DNA of 64,000 nt, taken from contig CAVQSP010000014.1 in the NCBI GenBank assembly GCA_963715985.1, positions 256,001 to 320,000 of the forward strand, given 5' to 3'. Of this stretch, positions 11,569 through 24,025 are shown piece by piece. Positions within the stretch are counted from its first letter, which is position 1; the number at the start of each line of letters is the position of its first letter. The stretch comes from an uncultured Thermoleophilia bacterium (GTDB taxonomy: Bacteria; Actinomycetota; Thermoleophilia; UBA2241). Made by a program: the position numbers and the translations under genes. A model generated the notes under the pieces. The model had not been told where the DNA came from. It was given only the letters and a program-made list of their open reading frames with translations, and made no database searches.

Positions 11569-12222
11569 ATGCAGTTCTCGCGCCGCCAGATCGTCGCCTA
11601 CGTCGCGGTGGCCGCGGTCGTCGCGGCTGTCGGCGTGAGGTACGTCGTCGCCCCTCGGGCGGCCGGGCCTGCCGGAGAGCAGCCGTTCGTGCTCAGCAGC
11701 GAGGCGCCGGGTCGGCCCTCCTCCTCCGCGTCACCGTCCGCCGCTGAGGCGAGCCCCGCGGCCGACGCGCTCGTGTACGTGTGCGGCGCGGTGCGCACGC
11801 CGGGCGTGGTGCGCGTGCCGGCCGGCGCGCGCGTGGCCGACGCCCTCGACCTGGCCGGCGGGCCCACGTCACGGGCGGAGCTGGCGGCGGTGAACCTGGC
11901 CGCCAAGGTCGTGGACGGCCAGCAGATCCTGGTGCCCGAGAAGGGGCAGGCAGCGGCGGCGCCGGCGACGGCCTCGGCCGCCGGGGCGGGATCGTCCACG
12001 GGCGCGGGCCTCGCGGCGGCGCCTGCCGGCGGCCTCGTCAACATCAACACGGCCACGCTCGAGCAGCTGGACGCGCTGCAGGGGGTGGGGCCCTCCACGG
12101 CGCAGAAGATCATCGACTACCGCACGGCCAACGGGCCGTTCTCCAGCATCGACGACATCAAGAACGTGTCCGGCATCGGCGACGCCAAGTTCGCCGCCAT
12201 GAAGGACGCCATCACGGTGTGA
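11569..12222 (+). CDS. comEA: Competence DNA-binding protein ComEA
   Basis: N-terminal TM, SLBB (VYVCGAV..PGV...RVADAL..AGG), HhH (VNINTAT...LQGVGP...VSGIG). Confidence 0.95.
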   Translation: MQFSRRQIVAYVAVAAVVAAVGVRYVVAPRAAGPAGEQPFVLSSEAPGRPSSSASPSAAEASPAADALVYVCGAVRTPGVVRVPAGARVADALDLAGGPTSRAELAAVNLAAKVVDGQQILVPEKGQAAAAPATASAAGAGSSTGAGLAAAPAGGLVNINTATLEQLDALQGVGPSTAQKIIDYRTANGPFSSIDDIKNVSGIGDAKFAAMKDAITV

Positions 12223-14610
12223 CGTCCGGTGCTCCGCCGCGTCGCGCCCCCGCACTTCATCGTCGCAGGCTACTGTGCGGGGCTCTGTCTGGCGCTCGTC
12301 CTGAGCGTTCCCGGGTGGTGCGTGGCCCTGGCGCTCGTGGCGCCGGTGGCGGGCCTCTGGTTCGTCCTGTGCGCGTCTCTCGCGCCGGCGCCTCGCCCGC
12401 GCCGCTGATGGCTGCGCCGTTCCTGCTGGCGGCGCTGTTCCTGGTCGCCGGGCTTGCGGTCGGGGGCGCGCGGCTCGCGACCCTGGGGCACTCGGTGCTG
12501 ACGCCGTGGAGAGGGCACACGGTGTCGGTGGCCGCCGTCCTCATCGACCTGCCCGCCGTCAAGGAGCAGGAGGCCACGCTCGCCGTCGAGGTCCGCGACG
12601 TGAACGGCGTCGCGCTGTCGGAGCCGGCTCACCTGCGCCTGCGCCTCGACGACGGGCAGAGGCTGCCGCCCGGGTCCACCGGCCCTCTGGTGGAAGGGGT
12701 GGAGATCGCGCTGGCCGGCGTGCGCGTGGAGCCACTGCCGGAGCCGCGCCCCGGCGCCTTCGACTACGGGCGCTACCTGCGGCGACGCGGCGAACACGTC
12801 GTCCTCGAGGGCGACTTCTCGTCGCTGCGCGTCACCGGCCGTCGCGGCGGCTTCTCGGGCGCCGTGGACCGGCTGCGGGCCGCCTCGCGCGCCCACTTGA
12901 GGCAAGGCGTGCACGCGCCGGTCGCCGAGGTGCTGCAGGGCATGGTGCTGGGCGACGATGAGGGCGTTGACCAGGGGGCCATCGACAGCTTTCGCCGCAG
13001 CGGGCTGCTGCACATCATGGCCGTGTCCGGCGAGAACGTCGTCCTGCTGTGTACCATGTGGGCGTTCGCGTTCTCGCTGCTCGGCATCCCGCGCCTGCTC
13101 CGCACAGCGCTGCTGCTGCCCGTGGTGATCGTCTACGTCCTGCTCACCGGCGCGTCCCCTTCCATCGTGCGGGCGGGGGTCTCCGGCGCACTCGGGCTGC
13201 TCGCCGTCATGGCGTCGCGTCCCGCCGACGGGTGGCTGCTGTGGCTGGTACCGGCCGCGTGGCTGCTCACGGTCAACCCCAACAACCTCTTCGACGTGAG
13301 CTTCCAGCTCTCGTTCGGCGCCGTCGCGGGTCTGCTGGTGCTCGCGCGGCCGCTGACGCGCGCCTTCCGCTGGCTGCCCGGCCCGCTCCCGGCGCAGGCA
13401 GGCGTCACCACGGCGGCGAGCCTGTCCACGGCGCCGGTCTCCATGCTCACGTTCGGGTCCGCGTCGCTCGTCAGCGTGCCGGCCAACCTCGTCGGCGGCT
13501 TCGTCCTCGGCCCCATCATGTTCCTGGGCATGCTGTCACTCCTGTTGGGGTTCGTGGCCGGCCGGCTGTCGGCACCGCTCAACATCGTCGCCGGGCTGTT
13601 CATCGGCTTTCTGCTGGACGTGGCTCACCACTTCGGCGGCCTGCCGTGGGCCGTCTTCGAGTGGCAGGGCGTCTCCCTGCGCTTGCTCCTGGTCGGAGCG
13701 CTGCTGCTGGAACTCGCCGTCGTATGGGTCGTGGCGGCGCGCGCCGGCGGCGGCCTCGTGGCGTTCGTCGCCGACCGCCGCCGGCGCGCGCCGCTCGTGG
13801 CCGTGACGGCGGGGCTCGTCGCGCTCGTCATACTCCTGGCTCCCGCCGGCGCCGTCGCGCCGCACCGGCCCACGCTCACCTTTCTGGATGTCGGCGAAGG
13901 CGCCGCGCGCGCTCCTGCAGGTGCCGGACGGCCCCACGGTGCTCGTTGACGCGGGCCCGGCTCCGCTGGCCCGCACTCTCCGCGCGCACGCCGTACGCCG
14001 CATCGACGTGCTCGTGCTCTCGCACGGCCACGCCGACCACACGGCCGGCCTCGCGGACGTGATCGGCAGCATCCCCATCGGCACCGCCCTCCTGCCGCGC
14101 CCACCGGACCCCTCGCCGGCGCTGGAGGGGCTGGCGCGCCGGCTCACTGCCGCCGGGGCCACCGTGCGCTGGTGTCAGGTGCCGGCAGCGCTCGGTGGCG
14201 CCGGCTGGGGCGTGCGCATCCTGCCCACCTCTCCTCCCGAGGGCGAAGCGGGCAACCAGAGCGAGAACGACGCCGCCCTGGTCGTGCTGGTCGACCTGCG
14301 CGGGAGCCGTCTGCTGCTGCCCGGCGACGCCGAGGGTGATGTGCTGGCGGGGCTGCACCTGCCGCCGTGCACCGTCGTGGAACTGCCGCACCACGGCAGT
14401 CGCGGAGGGCTCGATGCGGCCGAGCTCGCGCGGCTGGCGCCGCGGCTCGCGGTGGTCTCCGTGGGTCCCAACACCTACGGCCACCCGACGCCGGAGATGC
14501 TGCAGCTGCTTGCAGACCATGGCGTACCCTGGGCGCGCACCGACCAGCGCGGCGACATCGCGGTGGCCGCCACGGAGCGCGGGCTCGAGGTCACGGCCGC
14601 GGGAGGGTGA
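12219..14610 (+). CDS. comEC: DNA internalization protein ComEC/Rec2 (frameshifted near 12250, 12380 and 13905)
   Basis: PGAFDYGRYL, SGLLHIMAVSGEN, TGASPSIVRA, DVSFQLSF, FLDVGEG, SHGHADH, HHGS, YGHP; split across frames. Confidence 0.9.
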
Positions 14611-14629
14611 CCGCCCGGTGCCGCTCGGC

Positions 14630-15390
14630 TCAGATCTCCTTGCGCCGGAACACGTACACGGCGGCGATCACGAAGACGGCCGCCAGCACGAGTGTGGTCG
14701 CGAGGGGCAGCGCCAGCGCCACGTCGCGGCCCTTCAGGAGAGCGTCGTTGGCGGCGAGCAGCCCCGCGGGGGTGCGGTCTCGCACGGCCGGGAAGCCGGT
14801 GAGCACGAACAGCGCCACGTACACGCCGATCCCCAGACCGGCGGCGGGCGCCTGGCGGCCCATCGCCGCCGAGAGCAGCACCATCAGGGTGACGAACATC
14901 GCTGCCAGGGCCAGCCACAGACCGACTGACTCCAGGAACAGGGCGACGTGCCCTGCGTCGAAGAGCGCGGCGGTCACGGCGATGCACAGGGCGCTGCCCA
15001 GCGCCGTGGCGGCCACGAGCAGCACGAGGCCGGCCACGGACTTGGCGGTGATGAAGGAGGCCCGCGAGAGCGGCTTGGTGAGCACCAGCGCGGACGTCCC
15101 CGCGCGGTGTTCCGCCGCCACCGAAGCGGCGCCGGTGATGATGACCACCAGGAGAGCGAGCTGCGCGAGGTTGCCCAGGAACTGCAGGTACGCGTCCGTG
15201 GCGGTGGGCGTGGGGAACTGGATGGTCACCCCCGGGGTCCGCTGGGCGGTCATCTTGAGGAGCGCAGGCGTAGCGGCGGCGAGGATAGGTGTGCTCACGC
15301 CGAGGAACACGAGGACGCCGGGCAACACCCACAGGCGCCAGGTCTTGCGCGTCTCGAGGAGTTCCTTCCTCAGGAAGGCGGCGAACCCGC

Positions 15391-15394
<4 letters not shown>
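14630..15394 (-). CDS. ABC-2 type transporter permease
   Basis: FLRKELLE start, EHRAGTSALVLTKPLSR motif, about 6 TM segments. Confidence 0.88.
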
Positions 15395-16320
<926 letters not shown>

Positions 16321-16331
16321 GCCCCGTTCAC

Positions 16332-16664
16332 TCACGGCTTCGTGTCGTCGGGCGTCGAGGGCGCCGGGCCGTACAGGAGGTCGGCGGCCGCCTGGGTGCG
16401 ACTGTGCGCGTCCGGGTCGCCGGCCGGCGCGGGCTCCGGCGCCGGCGGCTGCTCGCGACCGATGGCGAGGTAGATGATCGAGCCCACGAGGTTGAAGAGG
16501 ATCACGAGCACGATCCACACCCACTTGCGGCCACCGAGCACCGCGGGACGGCGCACGATGTCGACGATGCAGAAGACGACGAGGCAGAGCTCCACGACGC
16601 CGAGGACGATGACGGCGACGAGGGCGCCCGTCGGCAGCACGACGTCCGCACCAAGAAGTCCCAT
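16332..16664 (-). CDS. PLDc_N-domain small membrane protein
   Basis: DIVRR...KWVWIVLVILFNLVGSIIYLAIGR motif. Confidence 0.8.
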   Translation of the reverse strand: MGLLGADVVLPTGALVAVIVLGVVELCLVVFCIVDIVRRPAVLGGRKWVWIVLVILFNLVGSIIYLAIGREQPPAPEPAPAGDPDAHSRTQAAADLLYGPAPSTPDDTKP

Positions 16665-16728
16665 CAGCGATGATCCCTTCACTCGAAGCCCTGCCGGCGG
16701 AATCGTAGCGCACGGGACAGGGCCCCGT

Positions 16729-16778
16729 CGACGCGCCGGGGGCCGGACCGCCTGCGGCAGCCGGCCCCCGGCGCGTCG
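16729..16778 (-). terminator. Hairpin downstream of the multicopper oxidase gene
   Basis: 18-bp perfect inverted repeat 16729-16746/16761-16778. Confidence 0.65.
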
Positions 16779-16786
16779 GTGCTGGG

Positions 16787-18914
16787 TCAGTTCACGACGC
16801 GGTACGGGCGCATCATCTCGTTGTCCTCGTGCTCGAGGATGTGGCAGTGCCAGACGAACAGCCCGGCGATGTCGAAACGCGCCTTGATGCGCGTGATCTC
16901 ACCGGGGTAGGCGATGACCGTGTCTTTGTACCCCACCTCCCAGGGCTCCGGCTGAAGCACCGCGCCGGCACCCATGTCGCCGTGGGGCGACGTCTCGGTG
17001 TCCATCACCTCGCGACTCACCACCTGGAACTGCACCAGGTGGACGTGGATGGGATGCGCATCGACGGTGAGGTTGTGGAAGGCCCACTGCTCCACCTGAG
17101 CCCTTCTTGACCGTCTCGGTCACGGGGTCCATCCAGTTCATCGGGTGCGTCGTACCGGAGGAGGGGTCGAACGTGCCGAGCAGTGCCTCCTGGGGGCCGA
17201 ACGGCTCACCGTCCGCGTCGTACACGATGCTGTCGTCCTCTTCGTTGACGTTCACGCTCATGGACATCATCTCGTTGAGGCTGAGATCGCGGCTCTTCGT
17301 GGCCACGGGCAGGTCGGTGAGCTGCGGAAGCCTGAGGGCCGACGGCGGGACGGTGGTGTCGGCGCCCTGCCGCGCGACCACGCGGAACTGCATCACCTGG
17401 CCGGTGGTGCCCGGATCGGACGGCTCGAACGCCTCGCCGACCTCCCCGCCCCCGAACGGCTCATCGGGGCCGACGTTCTTGAGCACGATGCGGGTGCCGG
17501 CGGGGACGTTGGTGAAGTCCACGATCACGTCGGCTCGCTCAGCCGGACCCAGCAGCAGCTCCGTGAGGCGCACCGGGTTCGGCAGGAACCCGCCCTCGGT
17601 CCCGATCTGCCAGAAGGGCATGCCGTTCTCCATCTCGAGGATGAGGAACCTGGACTGGGTGCCGTTGAGGAAGCGGAACCGGTAGCGCTGCTGCTCCACC
17701 TGAAGGTACGGCCAGGTGCGGCCGTTGACGACCATGGTGTTGCCGAAGAACTCCGGGTTCCAGATGGGCGAGATGTCGCTCATGTGGCCTCCGCCCGGGA
17801 CCATGTCGGGGATGAACGGGATGTCCAGCACACCGGCATCCGGGAACTGCTTGGGCTCCTGCCCCGGCACGTTCAGCCCCTCGAAGAAGGCCCGGTTGTC
17901 CGGGTAGAACAGCGATCCGTCGGCGTTGAACGAGCGGTCCTGGATGGCGATGGGGATCTCCCGGTACTGCTTGCCGGCGGCGTCGCCGCGCTGGGGCGCC
18001 GGGCCCGGGAGCTTGCCGGCCGGCATGTCGTCGGGTCCGCCGCGGATCAGGTAGAAGCCGGCCGGCCCCGCGTACACGTTGACGCGCGTCATGCCGAGGC
18101 TGTGGTCGTGATACCAGAGGGTACTGGCGCGCTGGTCGTTGGGGTACTGGAAGACGGCCGTCCCCGGTTGCCACGTCACGCCCAGACGCTGCCTGGATTC
18201 CTTCTTGAACTGCTCGTAGAAGGTGCCGCCTGTGGCGTACCCGGCCGGGATGTCCTTGGCCGCGGGAAGGTACCAGGCCTCCGGGTACCCGTCACTGTCT
18301 TCCGTGGTGTGAGCGCCGTGCACGTGCACGACCATCGGCACCGGCCCCTTGTACTCATCCTGGACCATGCCGTGAGTGTCCGTGCCTCCGGGGCCGCCCG
18401 CGGGATTGGCCCAGTGGAGGGTCTGGTCCACCGGCAGGATGTGCGGCAGGTAGTTGCCGTTGGCGTCCACCAGGCCGTTGATCCATTTCACCCTGACGGG
18501 GCGCTTCCAGCTCGCCTCGATGGTGAAGGACGGGTAGTTCAGGGTACCCCCGTCGGCGGCCGGACGAGGGTCCTTGGCGGAGGCGAAGCTCCACACGGTG
18601 GTGGGGCTCACGTTGTTGGCGGCCGACCATGTCTTGGGCAAGATGAACTGCCGGAACTGCTTGACGACGATCTCGTAGTAGTCCACCTTCTTGCCCTTGA
18701 TGCCGGTCGTCGCCGTCAGCGGCATGGCCGGCGGGATCACGAGCGGCTCGACGTACTTGGGTATGGTCCGTGGATCCAGAGACCCGCCCGGCACGGGCTC
18801 GGTCTCAGGGGGTTCTGCCGCCGCGACCGGCACGACGAGCAGCGCGAGGCCCAGCAGGATCAGCGCGAGGAAACCTCCCCGACCGGTCCGCAGACGGCCG
18901 ATCTGAGCGTGCAT
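16787..18914 (-). CDS. Secreted multicopper oxidase, CotA/bilirubin-oxidase-like (frameshift near 17100)
   Basis: HVHG, WYHDH, HPIHVHL and WHCHILEHEDNEMM copper motifs; signal peptide; last domain in another frame. Confidence 0.92.
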
Positions 18915-19001
18915 GTTGCCCTCCCCGTTCTTGACTCTCCCCAAGCCCCTGCGCCGGGGGGAGGCCTCCAGTGAGACTGCTAGCGCAGCTCCGGCACGGT
19001 T

Positions 19002-19029
19002 ATGCCCACGGTGCAGCAGCGCCGAAACC
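19002..19029 (-). promoter_or_regulatory. Possible SigB/SigF-type promoter of the multicopper oxidase
   Basis: Minus strand GGTTT-N17-GGGCAT. Confidence 0.4.
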
Positions 19030-19097
19030 GGACAGAGTTTGTCTTGCTTACCCGGGACGGGAACCGGGTCCCTGCGCCGTGCTATCCTTCTGCCGCC

Positions 19098-20117
19098 GTG
19101 AGCGACCCCCAGCCCCTCGATCCCGTGTACCTCATCGTCGGCACCGACCGGCCCAAGGTGCGGCGCGCCCTGCAGCGCTTGCGGCAGCGCGCCGTGAAGG
19201 AGAGCGGCAGCGACCTCAACGTCAGCACCTTCGACGCCGCCGGCGGACCGCCCACGGAGGTCGTGCGGGATGTGCTGCAGGCTGCGGCCACCCCGGGCCT
19301 CGCCCTGGGCGCGCGCGTCATCATCGTGACCAACGTGCACGCCTTCAAGGTCGCCCAGCGGAAGGAGCTCGTGGCGTACATCCACGATCCCACTCCGGAC
19401 ACCGTTCTCGCCCTCGAGGGCGAGAAGGTGGCCAAGGACGACGCCCTCTACAAGACCGTGCTCAAGGCGGGGCGGGTGCTGAGCTTCGAGCTGCCCAAGA
19501 AGTACGAGATGGCGGTGTGGGTGCGGCAGATGGCCGAGGCGGCGGGGCTCGCGATGGGCACGCCGGCGGCGCGCCACCTGCTCGACGTGTGCGGGGAGGA
19601 CCCCTCGCACGCCGAGCGTCTCGAGCGTGAGATCGACAAGCTCGCCGCCTACTGCCGCGGCGCCGAGGCCACCGTGGACGACATCGACGCCGTGTGCGTG
19701 CCGGACGACGAGGTGCGCATCTTCGACCTCATGGACGCCGTCGGCCACCGCGAGCGCGAGCGCGCCTTCGCCCTGCTGGAGGCGGTGTTCGCCTCCGGCG
19801 ACCCGCGCGACGACGCCAACGCCGTGCTGTACAGCCTGCGGCGGCACATCGGCCTGCTCGACAGGGCGCTGGCGATCCAGCACTCGGACCAGTCTTCAGC
19901 CGCCAAGGAGCTGGGAGTGCACCCCTTCACGGCGCGCAAGCTGCTCGAACAGCGCCGCTCGTACGACCGCCGCCGCGTGGACCGCGCCTACAGGGCGCTG
20001 GCGGCGGCGGAGACGGGCATGCGGGGCAGGGCGCCGGCCACGCTGGAGACGGCGGCCGGCGTCAACAACAGCGACCGCCTGGTGCTGGAGATGGCGCTGG
20101 CCCGGCTGCTCTCGTAG
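19098..20117 (+). CDS. holA: DNA polymerase III delta subunit
   Basis: PVYLIVG, REIDKLAAY, IFDLMDAV, LGVHPF; conserved comEC-holA-rpsT neighbourhood. Confidence 0.9.
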   Translation: MSDPQPLDPVYLIVGTDRPKVRRALQRLRQRAVKESGSDLNVSTFDAAGGPPTEVVRDVLQAAATPGLALGARVIIVTNVHAFKVAQRKELVAYIHDPTPDTVLALEGEKVAKDDALYKTVLKAGRVLSFELPKKYEMAVWVRQMAEAAGLAMGTPAARHLLDVCGEDPSHAERLEREIDKLAAYCRGAEATVDDIDAVCVPDDEVRIFDLMDAVGHRERERAFALLEAVFASGDPRDDANAVLYSLRRHIGLLDRALAIQHSDQSSAAKELGVHPFTARKLLEQRRSYDRRRVDRAYRALAAAETGMRGRAPATLETAAGVNNSDRLVLEMALARLLS

Positions 20118-20157
20118 GGGCCGGCGGCCGCAGGCGGCCCGGTCTCGGGGCCGTGCG

Positions 20158-20212
20158 CACAGACGGCGAGGCGGGCGGGCCGTACCGCGGCCCGCCCGCC
20201 TCGCCGTCTGTG
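20158..20212. terminator. Bidirectional terminator-like hairpin between convergent holA and rpsT
   Basis: 25-bp perfect inverted repeat 20158-20182/20188-20212. Confidence 0.75.
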
Positions 20213-20224
20213 GCGCTCAGACCG

Positions 20225-20491
20225 TCAGGAGGAGAGCTGCGCCAGCGTGTGCGCGACCTGGCTCTTCTTGCGGGCGGCGTTGTTCTTGTGCAGGATGCCC
20301 TTGGCCGCAGCCTTGTCGATGCGCGAGGTGAGGAAGGTGGCGGTGGCGCGGGCCTCGTCGGCCTGCTGCTCGGCGACCTGGTCCTCCAGACGCTTGAACA
20401 GCGTCTTGAGCGTGGACTTGCTGTGCCGGTTGCGCAGCCGCTGCTTGGCGGCGAGGCGGATGCGCTTCTTCTGCTGCTTGATGTTGGCCAC
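20225..20491 (-). CDS. rpsT: 30S ribosomal protein S20
   Basis: MANIKQQKKR...RN...KS.LKT...IDKAAAKGILHKNNAARKKS. Confidence 0.98.
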   Translation of the reverse strand: MANIKQQKKRIRLAAKQRLRNRHSKSTLKTLFKRLEDQVAEQQADEARATATFLTSRIDKAAAKGILHKNNAARKKSQVAHTLAQLSS

Positions 20492-20689
20492 GTGATCCCT
20501 TCGATCGGGCTGGTTGCGTGACGTGTCGAGGCAGTGGGGACTGCGTCCGGACGGAGGATGCTACCACAGGCGCGCGAGGCGGGGCAAACGTGACCGGAGA
20601 GGCTGGTCCAGCGGCCGACACCTCGGGCTCTGCCGAGCACGTGGTCGGGACGATGGCGGCTACGCTCCATCGCCGGTGCCTCATCGACA

Positions 20690-21044
20690 CGACGACCGCG
20701 AGGCGGCGGCGCGCGCCGGCGGAGCCGAGGTCCTGGCCGCCGACGTGACGCACCAGCCCGAGGTGGAGCGGATCGCCGAGCGGACGATCGCCCGCGTCGG
20801 CCGCATCGACATCTGGGTGAACAACGTCGGGCGCGCCATCACGCGGCCTCTGGACGAGCTCGGCGGGGAAGACGTCGTGGCCATGATCCGCGTCAACGTG
20901 ACGTCGGCACTCTGGAGGATGCGGCCCTGCTCCCCCACTTCGAGACGCAGGGGACCTGCGTCCTCTGCACCGTGTCTTCGATGCTGGCGCGCGTCCCGCC
21001 GGCGCGACGATCCGTGCTTCGCTGCTCGGCCGGTGGTACCGTGA
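20690..21044 (+). pseudogene. Short-chain dehydrogenase fragment
   Basis: ADVT...GRIDIWVNNVG...MIRVNV is SDR-like, but there is no N-terminal GxxxGxG and no intact YxxxK. Confidence 0.6.
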
Positions 21045-21051
21045 CCCGGAC

Positions 21052-22223
21052 ATGGGGACCTTGCGCCACCGGCTTCGCACGCTCCTGCTCGCGATCCTTG
21101 CGCTGGCGGCGCTGTGCGCCATCGGCTGCGCCTCGCAGAGAGTGGGCGAGGCAGCCGGTGGGAGCGTCGCCGCCGCGGCGGCCGTCGCCTCCTCACCCTG
21201 GCCGAGCGTGCCGCCGGGCGGGCAGACGCGGTCGGCAACTCGCGGGGTGGTCGGACCGACGGCTCGCTGCGCAGCTCGTCGTGTGCAGCGTGCCGGCGGA
21301 CGATCCGCTCGCAGGACGCCGCTACGCGCGCATGGGCGTCGGCGGTGTCGTGATCCTCGGCGCCGGCGCGAAAGGCGACATCGGCAAGGACCTGGCCGAC
21401 CTCCTGCGCGCCGCGCCCCACGGCATCAAGCCCTTCATCGCCAGCGACGAGGAGGGAGGGCAGGTCCAGCGGCTGCGGTACGTCATCTACCCGCTGCCGT
21501 CGGCGCGGGTGATGGGCCGGTGGAGCGTCGCCAGGACGATGGAGACGGCCAAGGACTACGGTGCCCGGCTCCGCAAGCTCCACGTCTCCGTCGTGTTCGG
21601 GCCGGTCGCGGACCTGGACGTCCCCGGCCGGTACATGAGCGGGCTGGACCGGTGCTTCTCCTCGCGGCCGCAGGTCGTCGGCGGTCACGTGGCGGCGTGG
21701 GTGACCGGCCTCAGATCCTCGGGGGTCCTCGCGACGGTCAAGCACTGGCCTGGTCACGGCTGGGCCGCGGACACCCACGGCGGCGCGGCGCGCATCCCTT
21801 CGCTCTCTCGTCTCCGCAGGGAGGACATGGTCCCCTTCGAGCGAGCCTTCGCGGCCGGGGTGTCGCTGGTCATGGTCGGTCACCTGCAGTCGAAGGGGCT
21901 CACGGAGGACGACACCCCCGCCAGTCTCTCGCCCTCAGCCATGCGCTACTTGCGCGCGCGCGTGGGCGACGACACGGTCATCATCACGGACTCGCTCTCG
22001 ATGGCCGCTACGACCAAGGCGCTGGGGATCGAGCACGCCGGCGGCGGCCGTGCGCGCTCTCCGGGCAGGCGCCGACCTCGCGCTCTTCGCCTCCGCGAGT
22101 CCGCGAGAGGTGATCGACGCGGTCACGGCGGCCATCCGTTCCGGGCGGCTGCCGCGAAAGCAGGCGGAGGCCTCGGTGTTGAGGAGCCTCGCGCTGAAGA
22201 GGGCGGCCGACCTGGCTCTCTGA
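21052..22223 (+). CDS. Secreted/lipoprotein GH3 beta-N-acetylhexosaminidase, NagZ-like (frameshifts near 21225 and 22035)
   Basis: SDEEGGQVQR, PVADL, KHWPGHG..DTH, TDSLSM, AGADLAL; signal peptide ending AIGC. Confidence 0.85.
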
Positions 22224-22400
22224 GGCATCGGCGGGCGGGCGTCCAGGGCAGCAGTCGTACAACCGGCTCCCGGGCCGGCGGGCCGCCTCTGCTAGACTGG
22301 CCGCCGGCCGCCGGGGGCCGGGCAGCACTTCGCCGCACGACGTCGAAGAGTCCTCCGGCCTCTCGGTCGTCCTCGAGACAGGAGCCGGGCGAGTGAGGAC

Positions 22401-23981
22401 ATGAGCGAACACACGCGCAAGCTGGCCCTGGCGGCGGTCGTCGTGGCTTCCGCCACCGCGGTCTCGCGGCTCACCGGGCTCGGGCGCGAGGTCATCACGG
22501 CTGCGGTCTACGGCGTCGACCCCCAGTACAACACGTTCGTGTCGGTGTCGGTGATCCCCCAGCTCGTGCAGCAGCTCTTCGCCGACGCGGCCATCAGCGC
22601 CGCTTTCGTGCCCGTGTTCACGTCGCTGCTCGCCAAAGGCGAGAGGGAGCGCGCCTTTCGCCTGGCCGCCAACCTGCTGGGTCTGATCGTCGTCGTCGTG
22701 GGCGCCGCGGTCGTGCTCCTCGCCCTGCTCGCAGGCCCGCTGACCGCATGGATGTATCCGGAGCTCACCGCCACCACCGCGGGCGCCGACCTGGCGGCGC
22801 AGCTCCTTCGCATCCTGGTGCCGACCATCCTCTTCCTCTCGCTGGCCGGCGCGATCAGCGGCGTGCTGTACTCGCTGGAGCGGTTCACCATGCCGGCCGT
22901 GGTGTCCATCGTCTGGAACCTGACGATCATCGTCGCGATCCTGCTCTTCCAGGACACGCTCGGCGTCGACGCCATCGCCTGGGGCATGCTCGTGGGCACG
23001 GTGCTGGAAGTGGTCCTGCTGGCCGGCGCCATGCGTCAGGCGGATCGCTGGCTGTGGCCGCGCTTCGGACTCCGCGACCCGCTCCTCGGCCGGGTGCTGC
23101 TGCTGATGGTGCCGATCACGATCACGCTCGGCATCCTGAACTTCAACGCCCTCATCGGCACCTGGTTCGCGCAGTTCGTCAGCGACAGCGCGGCGGCCGA
23201 GATCGGCTACGCCTTTCGCCTCTACCAGCTGCCGCAGGGCATCTTCGCGGTGACGATCGGGACGGTGCTGTTCCCCTCGCTGTCGCGGTTCGCGGCGGAG
23301 CACGACGAGGGGCGCTTCCGCGACACGGTGTCGATGGGCGTGCGGCAGATGGTGTTCGTCTCGCTACCGTTCGTGGCCTGGTTCGTGGTGATGCCCGAGG
23401 CCTTCGTGCGGCTGATCTACGAGCGCGGCCAGTTCGACGCGCAGGCCACGAGGGAAGTGGCCGGCGCGCTCGCCTTCTTCGCCGTGGGCCTCGCCTTCGC
23501 CAACGCCAACATCATGTTCAATCGTGCCTTCCAGAGCATGCAGCGGCCGCTCCTGCCCATGTACGTGAGCTTCGGCAACCTCGCCGTCAACGTCCTGCTG
23601 TGCTGGCTGCTGTACAAGCCCCTGGGCGTCGCCGGTATCACGCTCAGCATGGCGACGGTCTCCGCCGTCAACTTCTTCGCGCTCTTCGTGCTGCTGAGGC
23701 GGCGCGTGGGGCGCATCGACGGCCGCAAGATGGCCGGCGCGGCGGGTGGAGCACTGCTCTGCGCCGGCGCCCTGGCCGCCGTCTCGTACGGCGCGTGGTG
23801 GGCGCTCCGGGACTACGCCGCGGCCGGGTTCTGGCCGCTGCTCGCGAGCGTCGTCGCGGCAGTCCTCGCCGGCGGCGCGGTCTACCTTGCGCTCGCCCGC
23901 CTGTTGAAGCTCGAAGAGCTCTCCGTGGTGCGGCAGCTGCTGCGCCGCCGCCGGCGGACGAGAGGGTCCTCCGCCGGCTGA
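22401..23981 (+). CDS. murJ: Lipid II flippase MurJ
   Basis: [36 protein letters not shown]; many TM segments. Confidence 0.93.
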   Translation: MSEHTRKLALAAVVVASATAVSRLTGLGREVITAAVYGVDPQYNTFVSVSVIPQLVQQLFADAAISAAFVPVFTSLLAKGERERAFRLAANLLGLIVVVVGAAVVLLALLAGPLTAWMYPELTATTAGADLAAQLLRILVPTILFLSLAGAISGVLYSLERFTMPAVVSIVWNLTIIVAILLFQDTLGVDAIAWGMLVGTVLEVVLLAGAMRQADRWLWPRFGLRDPLLGRVLLLMVPITITLGILNFNALIGTWFAQFVSDSAAAEIGYAFRLYQLPQGIFAVTIGTVLFPSLSRFAAEHDEGRFRDTVSMGVRQMVFVSLPFVAWFVVMPEAFVRLIYERGQFDAQATREVAGALAFFAVGLAFANANIMFNRAFQSMQRPLLPMYVSFGNLAVNVLLCWLLYKPLGVAGITLSMATVSAVNFFALFVLLRRRVGRIDGRKMAGAAGGALLCAGALAAVSYGAWWALRDYAAAGFWPLLASVVAAVLAGGAVYLALARLLKLEELSVVRQLLRRRRRTRGSSAG

Positions 23982-24025
23982 CCCTCGGGCGACCGCCCCG
24001 CCCGCAGCCTGTATCATTGGCGGTC

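Noticed and set aside
16899-19883. 994-aa multicopper oxidase with a long N-terminal extension
   Set aside because: The extension is the antisense of holA; the real start is ATG 18914 with an RBS and signal peptide
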